A stretch of 64,000 bases of DNA from Polyangiales bacterium (lineage in GTDB: Bacteria > Myxococcota_A > Polyangia > Polyangiales > Ga0077539). The notes beneath the pieces were generated by a model. It made no database searches and had not been told where the DNA came from. It saw only the letters and a program-made list of their open reading frames with translations. Of the stretch, positions 30,428-41,155 are shown one piece after another (within the stretch, counting starts at the first letter, position 1; each line of letters opens with the position of its first letter). The position numbers were made by a program, and so were the translations under genes. Location: assembly GCA_044229975.1 (NCBI GenBank), contig JBGARZ010000013.1, positions 160,001-224,000 on the forward strand. Reading direction: 5' to 3'.

Positions 30428-31996
30428 CTAGGGCTGCGCCGGGGCCTGCTGGGCCGCGCGCAAGGCGTTCTGGAGGTTGTCCTTCGAGCGGGTGGCGACG
30501 GCGCCGACCGTGGAGGGGTTGTCCCCGCTCCAGGCTTCGCCGACCACCGGGGTCGTGTCCCCCGCGAACGACTGGAGCAGCGCGATGTCCTGCGCCTCGC
30601 CCTTGATGCCCAGGAAGAGCATCGCCAGCAGCCGCACCGGCTGCGGGTTGCTCGCGGCGGTGTACGCCCGCAGGGCCGCGCGCGGCGGCGGCGAGATGTC
30701 GCCGAGGGCCTGCGCCTCGCCGTTGATCTCCGCGAAGGTGTAGCCCGCGAAGGGCGCCGGCCGCGCCGTCGCGAGGTGGGTCATGAAGTCCGACACCACG
30801 CCCGCGCCGCCGAGGCGGATGATGGCCTCGCCGATCTTCCAGCGCAGCGTGAAGCCCTGGTCGGCCGCCGTGCCGTTGGCCTGATCGAAGAGACCAAGCA
30901 ACGCCGGAACGGTCTCGCGGCTGCGCGTGTCGCCGACGCGGTCGATGGCCAGGCCGCGGAGCTCGACGTCGCACTGCGCGCCCGTGTTGGGAGAGCCCGC
31001 GGGGCAGGCGTTGTAGATCTCCATCAGCGCCGGGACGTTGGCCGCGGTGACCGCGCCGGTCATGGCCGCGAGGGCGAGGCGACGACGCTCGATGGGCGCC
31101 GCGGCGTCACGCGCGACGGTGAGCAGGTACTCGGTGCCATTGGGCTGCGCGAGCGTCTTGATGGCCTCGAAGAGCACCGTGAGGTACTGGCTGCGGAGCG
31201 CCTCGATGGAGGTCACGATGCGCGCCTCGGCCGGCGGGTCGCGCCCCGGCACGGTGAGCAGCGCGATGACCTTCGTGCGCAGTCGTGCGGTGGCCGCGGG
31301 GCTGGCGATTTCGGTGGCGTTGCGAACGAGCGCGGAGACGGCGGCCTGCTTGCCCTGCGGGGTGCCGACGCCGTTGATGAGGCGCGAGATCTCCACCGAC
31401 ACGGGGATGGCGTTGTCGTCGCTGGTGAGCGCGCGGGTGAGGCGCTCGGCGGCGCTCGACCCGATGGCGTTGACGGTCTGCTCCGCGGTGTACGAGCCCG
31501 CGAGCGCGCGCTGGTTGAAGTCGGCGAGCAGCCAGTCGAGGAGGAGGTTGGCGAGCGCGGCGCGGTCTTCGGCGCTCGCGAAGGAGGCGCGGCCGTCGCC
31601 GCGGAGGAGGACGTACGCCGCGTCCTTGGCCTTGATCATCGGCTCGGACGGGCCCGACGCCGCCGTCGGCGAGGTCTGCGTGCCCGCGGTCATCATGCGC
31701 TGAAGCTCGGGGAGCAGCGCGTGCACGATGCCCTCGCGCTCGGACGCGGGCATCGCCTGCATGGCCGTCGCGAGGAGCTCGAGCCCGTTGGCGTTGGGGT
31801 GCTTCATCTCCACCAGCGCCCGCGCGGCGTGGACGCGCAGGGGCTGCGCGTACCGCGACTCGACGAGCACGGTGGTGATCTTCCGGGGGCCGCGCTGCGT
31901 GTGCTTCCAGTGCTCGATGTCGTCGTCGCCGACCGCACACCCCGCCGCGACCCACATCAAAGCGGCCAGGGCCGCGGCACGTCGTCGATTCAGCAT
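30428..31996 (-). CDS. HEAT-repeat-like helical lipoprotein
   Basis: GAGGAG SD; lipobox AAGC; all-alpha pattern. Confidence 0.75.
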   Translation of the reverse strand: MLNRRRAAALAALMWVAAGCAVGDDDIEHWKHTQRGPRKITTVLVESRYAQPLRVHAARALVEMKHPNANGLELLATAMQAMPASEREGIVHALLPELQRMMTAGTQTSPTAASGPSEPMIKAKDAAYVLLRGDGRASFASAEDRAALANLLLDWLLADFNQRALAGSYTAEQTVNAIGSSAAERLTRALTSDDNAIPVSVEISRLINGVGTPQGKQAAVSALVRNATEIASPAATARLRTKVIALLTVPGRDPPAEARIVTSIEALRSQYLTVLFEAIKTLAQPNGTEYLLTVARDAAAPIERRRLALAAMTGAVTAANVPALMEIYNACPAGSPNTGAQCDVELRGLAIDRVGDTRSRETVPALLGLFDQANGTAADQGFTLRWKIGEAIIRLGGAGVVSDFMTHLATARPAPFAGYTFAEINGEAQALGDISPPPRAALRAYTAASNPQPVRLLAMLFLGIKGEAQDIALLQSFAGDTTPVVGEAWSGDNPSTVGAVATRSKDNLQNALRAAQQAPAQP

Positions 31997-32158
31997 CGTC
32001 TCCTCACGCCGCGGACGAACGACCACTCACCATGGCCCCGCGACTGCGAACTGGGGCGCGATCCTAACCGAGCGCGCGGGAGAATCAACAGCGCAGCGAG
32101 GCCCGCGACGACGTGCCGGATTCTCCCTCCCGGCGCGCGGATGTGCTTGATGGCCCGC

Positions 32159-34888
32159 ATGGCGTCCCCGCCGATGAACCTCCGCCGCGATGTGGTGCCC
32201 ATGGCGCAGCCGAAGCGCCACGAGGTGGCCGGTCTGATCTTGTCGGCCCTCACCGTGCTCTCCGCGATGGCGCTCCTCAGCTTCGATGCGCGCGGAGGCG
32301 CCGACTGGGCCGGGCCCTTCGGGCGCCGCGTCGCGGAGGTGCTCACCACCGCGCTCGGCACCGCGTCGCTGCTCATCCCGTGGTCCTTCGCCGTCCACGC
32401 CGTGCGGATGTTTCGTCGCACGACGCGGCCCGTGGAGGTGTCTCGCGTGCTCGGCACGCTGGCCATCATCGCCACCGCCGCGACGGCACTTCACCTCTGG
32501 TGGGGCGAGCGCCCGGCCCTCGGCGGACTCATGGCGGGCGGCATCCTCGGCTCGTCCCTGGGCGACGCCCTGCGCGCCTCCGTCGGAACCGCCGGCGCCC
32601 ACACCCTCGTGCTCACCGCCCTGCTCGTCGCCCTCGTCGCACGCACCCGCTTGAGCGTGGTGTCCCTCGCGGCAGGCGCCCGCGCGATGGGCACCAACGG
32701 TGGCCTGTGGCTGCGCGACGGCGTCGGTTCGGTGGCGCGCGCGTGGCGTGATTCGAGGCACGTCGGTCGCGACGGCAGCGCTCCTTCGCGCGAGCGCCCC
32801 GAGGAGCTGGCCGAGCGCGCCGTGCGCCCCGTCATCGAGCACGACGACGCCGCGGACGAGACCGAAGAGCCCGAGGAGGATGGCCGCTCGCTCGCCGAGA
32901 TCATGCTCGACGAGGAAGACCGCGCCGCGAGCGAAGCGAAGCCCGTGCGCCGACCGCGCTCGACCCGCCGCAAGCCCGAGCCCGAGCCCGAGCCCGAGGT
33001 GGACGCCGAACCCGAGCCCGAAGTCGCGCCCGCTCCGAAGGCGACGAAGGCGAGCACGCCGAAGGTTCATGCGCCGCCGAAGGTGACCACGCAGACGGCC
33101 GAGGCCCCCGCGCGCCCGTCGACCCCGCCGCCCGCGACGACCACGCCGACCACGACCCGCCGCGCGTCGACGCCCCCTCCCCCGCGCGCTGCTGCGGTGG
33201 CGGCGGAGCCCGTCGCGGCGACCGACACCGAAGAGGACACGCTGCCCGTCGAGGAGGAAGACCCCGCGGCGCCGCTCACCATCGTGTCGCACGCGCGTGA
33301 GATCGAGCAGGCGATGAAGACCGCCGCGGTGCCCGTGGAGAAGACCGCGGTGCGCGTGGTCGACGTGGTGTCGAAGCCGATGGCGCTGCCCAACACGTCG
33401 CTGCTCTCGCCGCCGCCCGCGACGCGCGTGTCGTTCGACGAGGCGCAGCTCCGCAACACGGCCGACCGGCTGGTGCGAACGCTCGCCGACTACACCATCG
33501 ACGGCCGGGTGATGGAGATCCATCCCGGGCCCGTGGTGACCACGTACGAGGTGGTTCCGGCGGCGGGGACGAAGCTCACGAAGATCTCGCGCCTGAGCGA
33601 CGACATCGCGATGAGCCTCGAAGCGAGCAAGGTGCGCATCGTGGCGCCCATCCCGGGCAAGGGCCGCGTGGGCTTCGAGATTCCCAACGCCACGCGGCAG
33701 ATGGTCAACCTCCGCGAGCTGCTCGACACCGACGCGTTTCGCTCGCTCGGCGGCGCGCTGCCGGTGGCGCTCGGCAAGGACGTCGTGGGGGCGCCGTTCT
33801 ACGCCGACCTCGCCACGATGCCGCACCTCATCGTCGCGGGCGCCACGGGTCAGGGCAAGAGCGTCGGGCTCAACGTCATGCTCACGTCGCTGCTCTACAA
33901 GCGCAGCCCCGACGAGGTGAAGATGCTGATGATCGACCCCAAGATGGTCGAGCTCAACGTCTACGACGGCATCCCCCACATGCTGCTGCCGGTGGTGACC
34001 GACATGAAGAAGGCCACCCTCGCGCTGCGCTGGGTGGTCGACGAGATGGAGCGCCGCTACTCGCTCTTCGCGCAGACCGGCTCGCGCAACATCACCAGCT
34101 ACAACGAGAAGGTCACCGACGCCGTCGCCAAGGGGAAGCCCCTGCGCGGCAGCGACGGCCCGGTGCGCCCCAAGGAGTCGGGCACGACGAAGGCGCTCGC
34201 CGAAGGCAGCGAGGCCGAGGCCCCTCCCCCACCGCGCAAGCTGCCGTACATCCTGTGCGTGGTCGACGAGTTCGCCGACCTCATCATGGTGGCGGGCAAG
34301 GACATCGAGGCCGCCGTCGCCCGCCTCGCCCAGAAGGCACGCGCCGCGGGCATCCATGTGATCCTCGCGACGCAGCGACCGAGCGTCGACGTCATCACGG
34401 GCATCATCAAGGCCAACTTCCCCGCGCGCATCGCGTTCAAGGTGAGCCAGAAGCTCGACTCGCGGGTGATCCTCGATCAGCAGGGCGCCGAGCACCTCCT
34501 CGGCAAGGGCGACATGCTCATCATGCCGCCGGGGTCGAGCGACCTGAAGCGGGTGCACTGCGCCTTCGTACACGAGGACGAGGTGCAGGCAGTGACAGAC
34601 CATTGGCGCGCGCAGGGATCACCCACCTACGACGAGGACATCCTCAAGCCGCGCGACGAGGAGGGCGAGGTCGACGAGGCCCACGAGTCGGACATCCGCG
34701 TGCCCGCCGAGAAGTACGAGAAGGCCGTGCAGCTCGTGCTGTCGCACCGGAAGTGCAGCGTGTCGTTCGTGCAGCGCTACCTGGGCATCGGCTACAACGT
34801 CGCCGCGCGCATCGTCGACAAGATGGAGCGCGAGGGCATCGTCGGCGCGCCGAAGGGCCCCGGCAAGGAGCGCGAGGTGCTCGGATGA
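32159..34888 (+). CDS. ftsK: DNA translocase FtsK
   Basis: N-terminal 4TM; PGPVVT; AGATGQGKS; VDEFADL; ATQRPSVDVITG; gamma domain IGYNVAARI. Start uncertain. Confidence 0.95.
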   Translation: MASPPMNLRRDVVPMAQPKRHEVAGLILSALTVLSAMALLSFDARGGADWAGPFGRRVAEVLTTALGTASLLIPWSFAVHAVRMFRRTTRPVEVSRVLGTLAIIATAATALHLWWGERPALGGLMAGGILGSSLGDALRASVGTAGAHTLVLTALLVALVARTRLSVVSLAAGARAMGTNGGLWLRDGVGSVARAWRDSRHVGRDGSAPSRERPEELAERAVRPVIEHDDAADETEEPEEDGRSLAEIMLDEEDRAASEAKPVRRPRSTRRKPEPEPEPEVDAEPEPEVAPAPKATKASTPKVHAPPKVTTQTAEAPARPSTPPPATTTPTTTRRASTPPPPRAAAVAAEPVAATDTEEDTLPVEEEDPAAPLTIVSHAREIEQAMKTAAVPVEKTAVRVVDVVSKPMALPNTSLLSPPPATRVSFDEAQLRNTADRLVRTLADYTIDGRVMEIHPGPVVTTYEVVPAAGTKLTKISRLSDDIAMSLEASKVRIVAPIPGKGRVGFEIPNATRQMVNLRELLDTDAFRSLGGALPVALGKDVVGAPFYADLATMPHLIVAGATGQGKSVGLNVMLTSLLYKRSPDEVKMLMIDPKMVELNVYDGIPHMLLPVVTDMKKATLALRWVVDEMERRYSLFAQTGSRNITSYNEKVTDAVAKGKPLRGSDGPVRPKESGTTKALAEGSEAEAPPPPRKLPYILCVVDEFADLIMVAGKDIEAAVARLAQKARAAGIHVILATQRPSVDVITGIIKANFPARIAFKVSQKLDSRVILDQQGAEHLLGKGDMLIMPPGSSDLKRVHCAFVHEDEVQAVTDHWRAQGSPTYDEDILKPRDEEGEVDEAHESDIRVPAEKYEKAVQLVLSHRKCSVSFVQRYLGIGYNVAARIVDKMEREGIVGAPKGPGKEREVLG

Positions 34889-36087
34889 CCCCCGGTGGTA
34901 TATCCCCGCACCGAGCGATGACGACCCCGCGACGCCTCCGTGTTCTCGTAACGCTCGCGGCCGTCGGGCTCCTCGCCCCGGCCCTCTCCGTCGCGCAGCC
35001 CGCGCCCAACCAGCAGCCCGCCGCGCAGCGCGTGGTGGTGCTGCTCCCCATCGATGGCACGGCGACGGCCGACCTCCAGACCACCGTCGAGTCCACGCTG
35101 CGCGGCGCCCTCATCGCGCGCGGCTCGCGCCTGCCCGACCGCGCCGCCATCAACCTCGGTCTCGGGCTGTCGCCGCCGACGGAGACCACCGCCCTCGCCC
35201 GCGCGGCGCAGACCATGGGCGCCACCACCGTGCTGCGCGCGACGCTGCGCCCGTTCACCGGGCAGTACAGCCTCTCGCTCACCCTCATCGACGCGGCCTC
35301 GGGCCGCACCGCGACGCGCGACGAGATCGTCCACAACGAAGACGCCGGCGAGGTGATCGGTCGCATGCTCGACGCGCTGCTCGACCCGGCCAACTGGTCG
35401 GCGCCGCCGGTCGATCCGGCGATCGAGCGCGAGGCCGAAGCCGCGCGGCAGCGAGCCGCCGCGGAAGCCGAAGCCGCGAGGCAGCGGGCGCTCACCGACG
35501 AAGAGACGGCGCGGCGCCGGGCGGCGGAAGAAGCGCAACGGCAGCGCGAGGCCGACGAGCGGGCGCACCCGGTGCGGGGCTACGCGGACGGCGGGCCCTT
35601 CGCCATCGGCGTGTCCCTCGTCGCGGGCGGTCGGCTGTCGGGCGTGCAGCAGCCGAGCGGGATGGTGCTCTCGGGCAACGCGCCGAGCGAGGCGTCGAGC
35701 GCGGCCGTGGCGATACGCGCGGAGGGGGCCTACGCCTTCAGCGGCGTGCGCGGCCTGGAGGCGACGGCGGCGCTCATGCTGCTGACCACGCCGACCACGG
35801 CCTTCGGCATCGGCGTCGGCGGGCAGTACACGTTTCCCTCGTCGGGGCGGCTGCCGCTGCGAGGCACCGCGGGCGTGACGCTCGGGCTGTGGCAGGGGGC
35901 CTCCGGGGCGCGCGCCACGACGCTGTGGTTCAACCCGTATGTGCGGGCCGAGTGGGGCTTCACGCCGACGGTGGCGGCCTTCGTGGGGCTGTCGCTCGAC
36001 GTCGCGCCGGCCGACAACGGCGGCGTCACGGCGCTCGGGGCGATGATGGGCGTGCGCTTCCGCCTCGGGTCGACCGCCGCCCGCTGA
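34885..36087 (+). CDS. Secreted protein with alpha/beta domain, TolA-like coiled coil and probable outer-membrane beta-barrel
   Basis: ATGA coupling to ftsK (alternative ATG 34918); signal peptide; EAARQRA repeats; amphipathic strands ending GVRFRL. Confidence 0.7.
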   Translation: MTPGGISPHRAMTTPRRLRVLVTLAAVGLLAPALSVAQPAPNQQPAAQRVVVLLPIDGTATADLQTTVESTLRGALIARGSRLPDRAAINLGLGLSPPTETTALARAAQTMGATTVLRATLRPFTGQYSLSLTLIDAASGRTATRDEIVHNEDAGEVIGRMLDALLDPANWSAPPVDPAIEREAEAARQRAAAEAEAARQRALTDEETARRRAAEEAQRQREADERAHPVRGYADGGPFAIGVSLVAGGRLSGVQQPSGMVLSGNAPSEASSAAVAIRAEGAYAFSGVRGLEATAALMLLTTPTTAFGIGVGGQYTFPSSGRLPLRGTAGVTLGLWQGASGARATTLWFNPYVRAEWGFTPTVAAFVGLSLDVAPADNGGVTALGAMMGVRFRLGSTAAR

Positions 36088-36108
36088 TCTGGACACGCCG
36101 CGCGGAGT

Positions 36109-37674
36109 GTGGTGATCCACCGCGCCGTGGCGAACAACGGCGAGAGCACCCCGACCAGCACCGACACCGAGACCCGCAGCGAGACCACCGCGCGTGAGTC
36201 CACCCGCGGTGTCGCCGTCATCGCGGCGGCCAAGGGATGGTTCCTGCTCACGGGCTTCGCGCAGCCGCTGCTGCTGACGCGGTTGCTGCTGGGCGAGGGC
36301 TACGGCCTCTACGGCGTGGTGCTCAACGTCGTCTCCATCCTCAACAACGTGGTCGTCGCCGGGAGCATCCAGGCGATGTCCCGCGCGGTCACCGAGTCGG
36401 GCGTCGTCGCGCTGCGCCGCGGGCTCGTCCTGCACGGCGCGCTGGGACTTCTGCTCGCGGGCGGTCTCTTCGCGGGAGCCGACGCGCTGGGCGCGGGCGT
36501 GCTGCACGACACGCGGCTGCCGGCGCTGCTCCGCATCGGCGCGATCATCGTCGCGGACTACAGCGTGTACGCGGCCCTCGTCGGCGCGCTCAACGGGCTG
36601 CAGAGGTTTCGCGCGCAGGCCGGGCTCGACATCACCTTCGCGACGCTCCGCACCGGCCTAGTGCTGGGGCTCGCCTCGACCTCGCTGCGCGTCACCGGCG
36701 CCGTGACGGGCTTCGCGATCGCGAGCGTTCTCATCCTGCTCACGGCCTTCGCGCTGCTGCGCAACGACCTCCGGGCGGCGCCCTCGACGGATGCATCGTC
36801 CGAGGGCTTCGCGAGGCGCTACGCGCGCTTCTTCGCGCCGGTGCTCGTCTACCAGTTCGCGCTCAACCTGGTGCTCCAGTCCGACCTCCTGGTGATGAAG
36901 GCCGTGCTCGCGCGGCGGCCGGGCGTCGACGAGGCGGCCGTCAACGCCCTCACCGGCGTCTACAAGGCCGTGCAGAACTTCGCGTTCCTGCCGTACCAGC
37001 TCCTGCTCGCGGTGACCTTCGTGGTGTTTCCGGTGGTGTCGAAGGCCACGCTCGACGGCGACCGCGAGGCGACCGCGGGCTTCGTCGGCGGCGCCATGCG
37101 CTTCAGCGCCATCGGGCTCGGGGCCATGGTCGCCGTCCTCGGTGGCATGCCCCGCGGCGTGCTCCACCTCGCGTACCGACCGCCCTTCGACCAGGGCATC
37201 GAGGCGCTCCGCTGGCTCTCGCTCGCGCAGGGCGCGTTCGCCCTCTCGGTCATCGGGACCACCATCGTGCTCGCGTCCGGCCGCACCGCCGCCGCGACCG
37301 CGCTCATGGCCGCGATGCTCGGCGCCGTGTTCGCGGGCGACGTGCTCGGCCTCGGCGCGTCGACCGCCGACCTCTCGGCCGTCACCCACACCGCCGTCGG
37401 AACCCTCTTCGGCTGCCTCGTCGGCCTCGCCCTCGTCGGCGCCTATGTCCGCAAGACCTTCGGGGCGTTTCTGTCGATGGGCACCGCGGCCCGCGTCGCC
37501 GCGTGCGCGCTCGGGGCGGGGGCCGTGGGGGCGTATGTTCCGTGGCCGGGGAAGGTCGGCACCCTGGTGGGCGCCGCGGTCATCGGGGTGGTCTATCTGG
37601 TGCTGCTGGTGGTGAGCCGCGAGCTCGGCGCCGCGGAGGTCGCGCGCATCCGACGGGTGCTGCTGCGCCGCTGA
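36109..37674 (+). CDS. MOP-superfamily flippase (MurJ/Wzx-like)
   Basis: About 14 TM helices; YGLYGVV, GALNGLQRF and GVYKAV...FPVVS motifs. Confidence 0.8.
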   Translation: MVIHRAVANNGESTPTSTDTETRSETTARESTRGVAVIAAAKGWFLLTGFAQPLLLTRLLLGEGYGLYGVVLNVVSILNNVVVAGSIQAMSRAVTESGVVALRRGLVLHGALGLLLAGGLFAGADALGAGVLHDTRLPALLRIGAIIVADYSVYAALVGALNGLQRFRAQAGLDITFATLRTGLVLGLASTSLRVTGAVTGFAIASVLILLTAFALLRNDLRAAPSTDASSEGFARRYARFFAPVLVYQFALNLVLQSDLLVMKAVLARRPGVDEAAVNALTGVYKAVQNFAFLPYQLLLAVTFVVFPVVSKATLDGDREATAGFVGGAMRFSAIGLGAMVAVLGGMPRGVLHLAYRPPFDQGIEALRWLSLAQGAFALSVIGTTIVLASGRTAAATALMAAMLGAVFAGDVLGLGASTADLSAVTHTAVGTLFGCLVGLALVGAYVRKTFGAFLSMGTAARVAACALGAGAVGAYVPWPGKVGTLVGAAVIGVVYLVLLVVSRELGAAEVARIRRVLLRR

Positions 37675-37678
37675 GCGA

Positions 37679-39730
37679 CTACGCCTCGGTCGTCGCCCCG
37701 ACGTCGACCTTCGCCTCGTCGTGCGTCGCCGCGTGCACGAGGCCCGCGGCGATCTCCAGCGCCTGGCGCGCCCGGTCGAGCAGCGCCTCGGACGACACCT
37801 GCCGACGCTCCAGCGTCGCGAGCCGCTCGCGCGCCGCGGTCAGATCGCGCGCCGCCGCCTCGGCCTTCTCGTGCGCCGCGCTGAGCTCCGACGCGAGCAC
37901 CGCGCCCTGCGAGCGCGCCGCCGACAGCTCGGACTCCAGCGCCGACAGCCGCTCGCCCTGCTCGCGCAGCGACGCCTCCGCCGCGGCCAGCGACGACTGC
38001 GCCGCCGAGTGCTCGGCCTTCGTCGAGTCGACGGCCGTCACGTAGTCCGCGCGCAGCGAGTCGACCACCTGAGCGTGCTCCGAACGCAGCGACGCGAGAG
38101 CCGCCGCGTGCTCCGACCGCGCGGACTCCAGGGCCCGCTCCAGCTCGGCGCGCGCCGAGCCTTCGCCCTGCTGCGCGAGCGCCCGGGCCTCGGCCCGAAC
38201 CTCCTCCAACGCCTGGACGTGCTCGTCGCGCAGCGCCGACTCGGCGGCCTCCCTGGCGGCGGTCAGCGCGGCCAGCGATGCACCCGCGGCCGCGGCTGCC
38301 GCCACGGCGACCTCCACCTCGCGGCGCAGGGCGTCGACCTCCCTCGCCCGCTGCGCCTCGGCCTCCGCGAGCTGTTGCCGCAGCGCGGACTCGCCCTCGC
38401 TGCCCGCGGCGCGCGCGTCGGCCAGCGCCCGCTCGAACTCCGCGCGACGCGCCGACTCGGCCTGGAGCGCCGCCTGGAGCGACTCGCTGGAGTGCCGCGC
38501 CGCCGCCGCCTCGTGCTCGCGCTCGGCCAGGCGGTCGTCCACGTCGGCCGCGGACATCTCGGCCTTCAACAGGCTGTCGCGCAGCTCGAGGATCTCCTTG
38601 TCGCGCGCGTGGATCTCCTTGTCCTTGCGGTTGAGGGTCTCTCGCAGCTCCAGAAACTCCCTCGTCGACACGGCCCCCGGCCTCGCCGGAGCCGCCGCTG
38701 CCGCAACCACCGGCACGCTCGACGCGCGGCGGGCCTCTTCAAGCTCGCGGGTGATGCGCGCGAGCTCGTCGCCCTGGGCGCGCAGCCGCTGGTTCTCCTC
38801 GGTGAGCTCGACCACGCGCTGCGTGGCGCCCTGGGCGGTGGAGAGGTCGCGTTCGAGCTCTTCGATGCGGCGGCGCATGCGATCGCCCTCCGCGGCGCTC
38901 GGGCCCACCGGCAGCGGCGGGGTCGACGGCAGCGGGGCGATGGGCGACGCGAGGCCCAGGCGCGACGACGTGCTCTGGAGCGCCGGAATCGGCGTGATGG
39001 ACACCTTCCGCAGCGGCGGAGGCGTGGTCTCCACGGCGCGCGCGATATCCTGGAGGTTGGGAGGGAGCTCCAGACCCGACGAGACCATGGTGAAGTCTTC
39101 GAAGTCGTCGGCGTTGGAGCGGTGCTCGGACTGCCCCGGGGGGAGCTCGGGCGGCGCTTCGAGCAGCGACGCCGCGGCGCTCGGGGCGAGCGAGGGCGAG
39201 CCCGGCGGGGGGTTGCTCTCGAGGATGATGGAGTCGAAGGCCGCGTTGGCGAGCAGCCCGGACATGTCGTCGTCGAGGTTGATCGGCGCGTCGTCGTCGG
39301 CCGCCTCCACGACGGCCTCCTCGTCGACCATGATCTCGCTGTCCCGCGGCGACGGAATCTCCACGAAGGCCGCGGCCCGCGCGATGAGCGCCTCCGGGTC
39401 GATGGGCTTGTGGAGGTAGTCCTCGGCGCGCGTGCGCAGCTTGCTGTGCTGCTCGAAGGTCTCCGGGGGCGAGTCCGACGACACGATGACGAGGGGGATG
39501 TCCTTCAGCTCGGGGTTTTTCTTGATGCGGTTGCACACGGCGAAGCCGTTCATCCGGGGGAGCTCGATGGCCAGCACGATGAGCCCCGGCCGGTCGTCGA
39601 GCGCGACCTCCAGGCCCTGCTGCCCGTCGTCCACCACCCGCACCGTGCACCCTCGGCGCGCGAAGGCCCGCTCCAACGCATCGGCGAAGGGTCGGTCGTA
39701 CTCGAAGATCAACACCTTCAGACCGCTCAT
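37679..39730 (-). CDS. frzS: FrzS-like atypical receiver + coiled-coil protein
   Basis: Receiver lacks the phospho-Asp (LIVLAIEL); FEQH.KL...AEDYLHKP; long coiled coil with LNRKDKEI. Confidence 0.7.
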   Translation of the reverse strand: MSGLKVLIFEYDRPFADALERAFARRGCTVRVVDDGQQGLEVALDDRPGLIVLAIELPRMNGFAVCNRIKKNPELKDIPLVIVSSDSPPETFEQHSKLRTRAEDYLHKPIDPEALIARAAAFVEIPSPRDSEIMVDEEAVVEAADDDAPINLDDDMSGLLANAAFDSIILESNPPPGSPSLAPSAAASLLEAPPELPPGQSEHRSNADDFEDFTMVSSGLELPPNLQDIARAVETTPPPLRKVSITPIPALQSTSSRLGLASPIAPLPSTPPLPVGPSAAEGDRMRRRIEELERDLSTAQGATQRVVELTEENQRLRAQGDELARITRELEEARRASSVPVVAAAAAPARPGAVSTREFLELRETLNRKDKEIHARDKEILELRDSLLKAEMSAADVDDRLAEREHEAAAARHSSESLQAALQAESARRAEFERALADARAAGSEGESALRQQLAEAEAQRAREVDALRREVEVAVAAAAAAGASLAALTAAREAAESALRDEHVQALEEVRAEARALAQQGEGSARAELERALESARSEHAAALASLRSEHAQVVDSLRADYVTAVDSTKAEHSAAQSSLAAAEASLREQGERLSALESELSAARSQGAVLASELSAAHEKAEAAARDLTAARERLATLERRQVSSEALLDRARQALEIAAGLVHAATHDEAKVDVGATTEA

Positions 39731-39796
39731 GATCTCTCGCGCTCCATCACCGCCCGCGCGGCGCGATTCCAGCCTACGAGGGCCGCGATCGAAAGG

Positions 39797-40486
39797 TCAA
39801 CGACGATGCGCGACCGCCCCCACGAGCGCGCCCACGGTGAGCTCTCGCACGTGCCCGGCCACGAGGTCGGCCCCCGCCGCGCGCAGCGCCGACGCGTCGT
39901 AGGTGTGCGCTACCGCCACAGCCCCGAGACCCGCCGCCCGCGCCGACTCGACGCCCGCGACGCTGTCCTCGATGGCCACGCAGCGCGCCGGGTCGAGCGA
40001 CCCGACGAGGGCCGAGAGCCGGGCGATGGCGAGGAGGTAGCCCTCCGGGTCGGGCTTGCACGCGGCGACGTCCTCGGCCGCCACGATGACCCGAACGACT
40101 CCCTCCGCTCCCATCACCCGCAGCGCGGCGTCGATTTCACCCCGCAGCGCGCCGCTCACGATGGCGACCGGAACCTCCGCGGCGACCGAGCGCAGCAGCG
40201 CCGGAGCGCCCTCGAAGACGTCGAGCGAGCGCGCGGCGAGCTCGTTGTAGACTACGCTCTTGGCGGCGATGAGCGAGGCGATGCGCTCGGGCTCGGCGGC
40301 GAGGCCGTGGTCGCCGAGCATGGCGGAGAAGGCGCCCCGGTCATCGAAGCCCAGATAGCGCTCGTTGTAGCGGTCGAGGGAGACCGAGACGCCCAGAGGC
40401 GCGAGGGCGGCATTGAAGCCCGCGAGGTGGAGGCGCTCGTCGTCGACGAGCACGCCGTTGAAGTCGAAAAACGCCGCCTGCAACAT
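39797..40486 (-). CDS. HAD-family phosphatase (beta-PGM-like)
   Basis: FDFNGVLVD, KPDPEGY and IEDS motifs. Confidence 0.9.
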   Translation of the reverse strand: MLQAAFFDFNGVLVDDERLHLAGFNAALAPLGVSVSLDRYNERYLGFDDRGAFSAMLGDHGLAAEPERIASLIAAKSVVYNELAARSLDVFEGAPALLRSVAAEVPVAIVSGALRGEIDAALRVMGAEGVVRVIVAAEDVAACKPDPEGYLLAIARLSALVGSLDPARCVAIEDSVAGVESARAAGLGAVAVAHTYDASALRAAGADLVAGHVRELTVGALVGAVAHRR

Positions 40487-40644
40487 CGCCGCGAACGTTG
40501 CCACAACCACGCGTGGCGGCGGTGTAGGTTCGACGTCAGGGGTTGCTCCGCGCGCAGCGGCTCTGGTATGCCCGATGGGAGACCTCGCGTTGTCGCGCTG
40601 AGTGCGCGGCGGACGCCGACCACAACGCGAGTGCTCCGGAGCCG

Positions 40645-41118
40645 ATGCCCATGAACGTGGTGATGTATGAGGACGAGCTAAACCAGATCCAGGTGGTGGT
40701 GGACAGGCTCGTCCGCGACGCGAACGCGCGGGTGGTCTGCATCGTCGACAAGAACGGTCAGCTCATCGCCGCCAGCGGGGAGACGGACAACCTCGACACC
40801 ACCTCGCTGGCCTCGCTCATCGCCGGCACCATCGCCGCGATGGGCGGCATGGCGAAGCTGCTGAAGGAAAACGAGTTCCCCACGCAGTTTCACGAGGGGG
40901 TGAAGGCCAACATCCACATCCAGCTCGTGGGCAACCGGGTGATCCTCGCCGTGATCTTCGACTCCCGCGCCACGCTCGGTCTCGTCCGCCTCCGCGTGAA
41001 GCGCGCGAGCGACGAGCTCAACACGATCTTCGAGGCCCTCGCCAAGCGACTGCCCACGGGCGATGGCCCCATCGACGGAATCACCGACGAGGACATCGAC
41101 AACCTCTTCAACGACTGA
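40645..41118 (+). CDS. mglB: Roadblock/LC7 protein MglB (GAP of MglA)
   Basis: VDKNGQLIA, DTTSLASL, LGLVRLRVK and DEDIDNLF. Confidence 0.95.
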   Translation: MPMNVVMYEDELNQIQVVVDRLVRDANARVVCIVDKNGQLIAASGETDNLDTTSLASLIAGTIAAMGGMAKLLKENEFPTQFHEGVKANIHIQLVGNRVILAVIFDSRATLGLVRLRVKRASDELNTIFEALAKRLPTGDGPIDGITDEDIDNLFND

Positions 41119-41155
41119 CCCTTCAGCCCCGACCGCCCCCACCCGAGGCCCGCCG

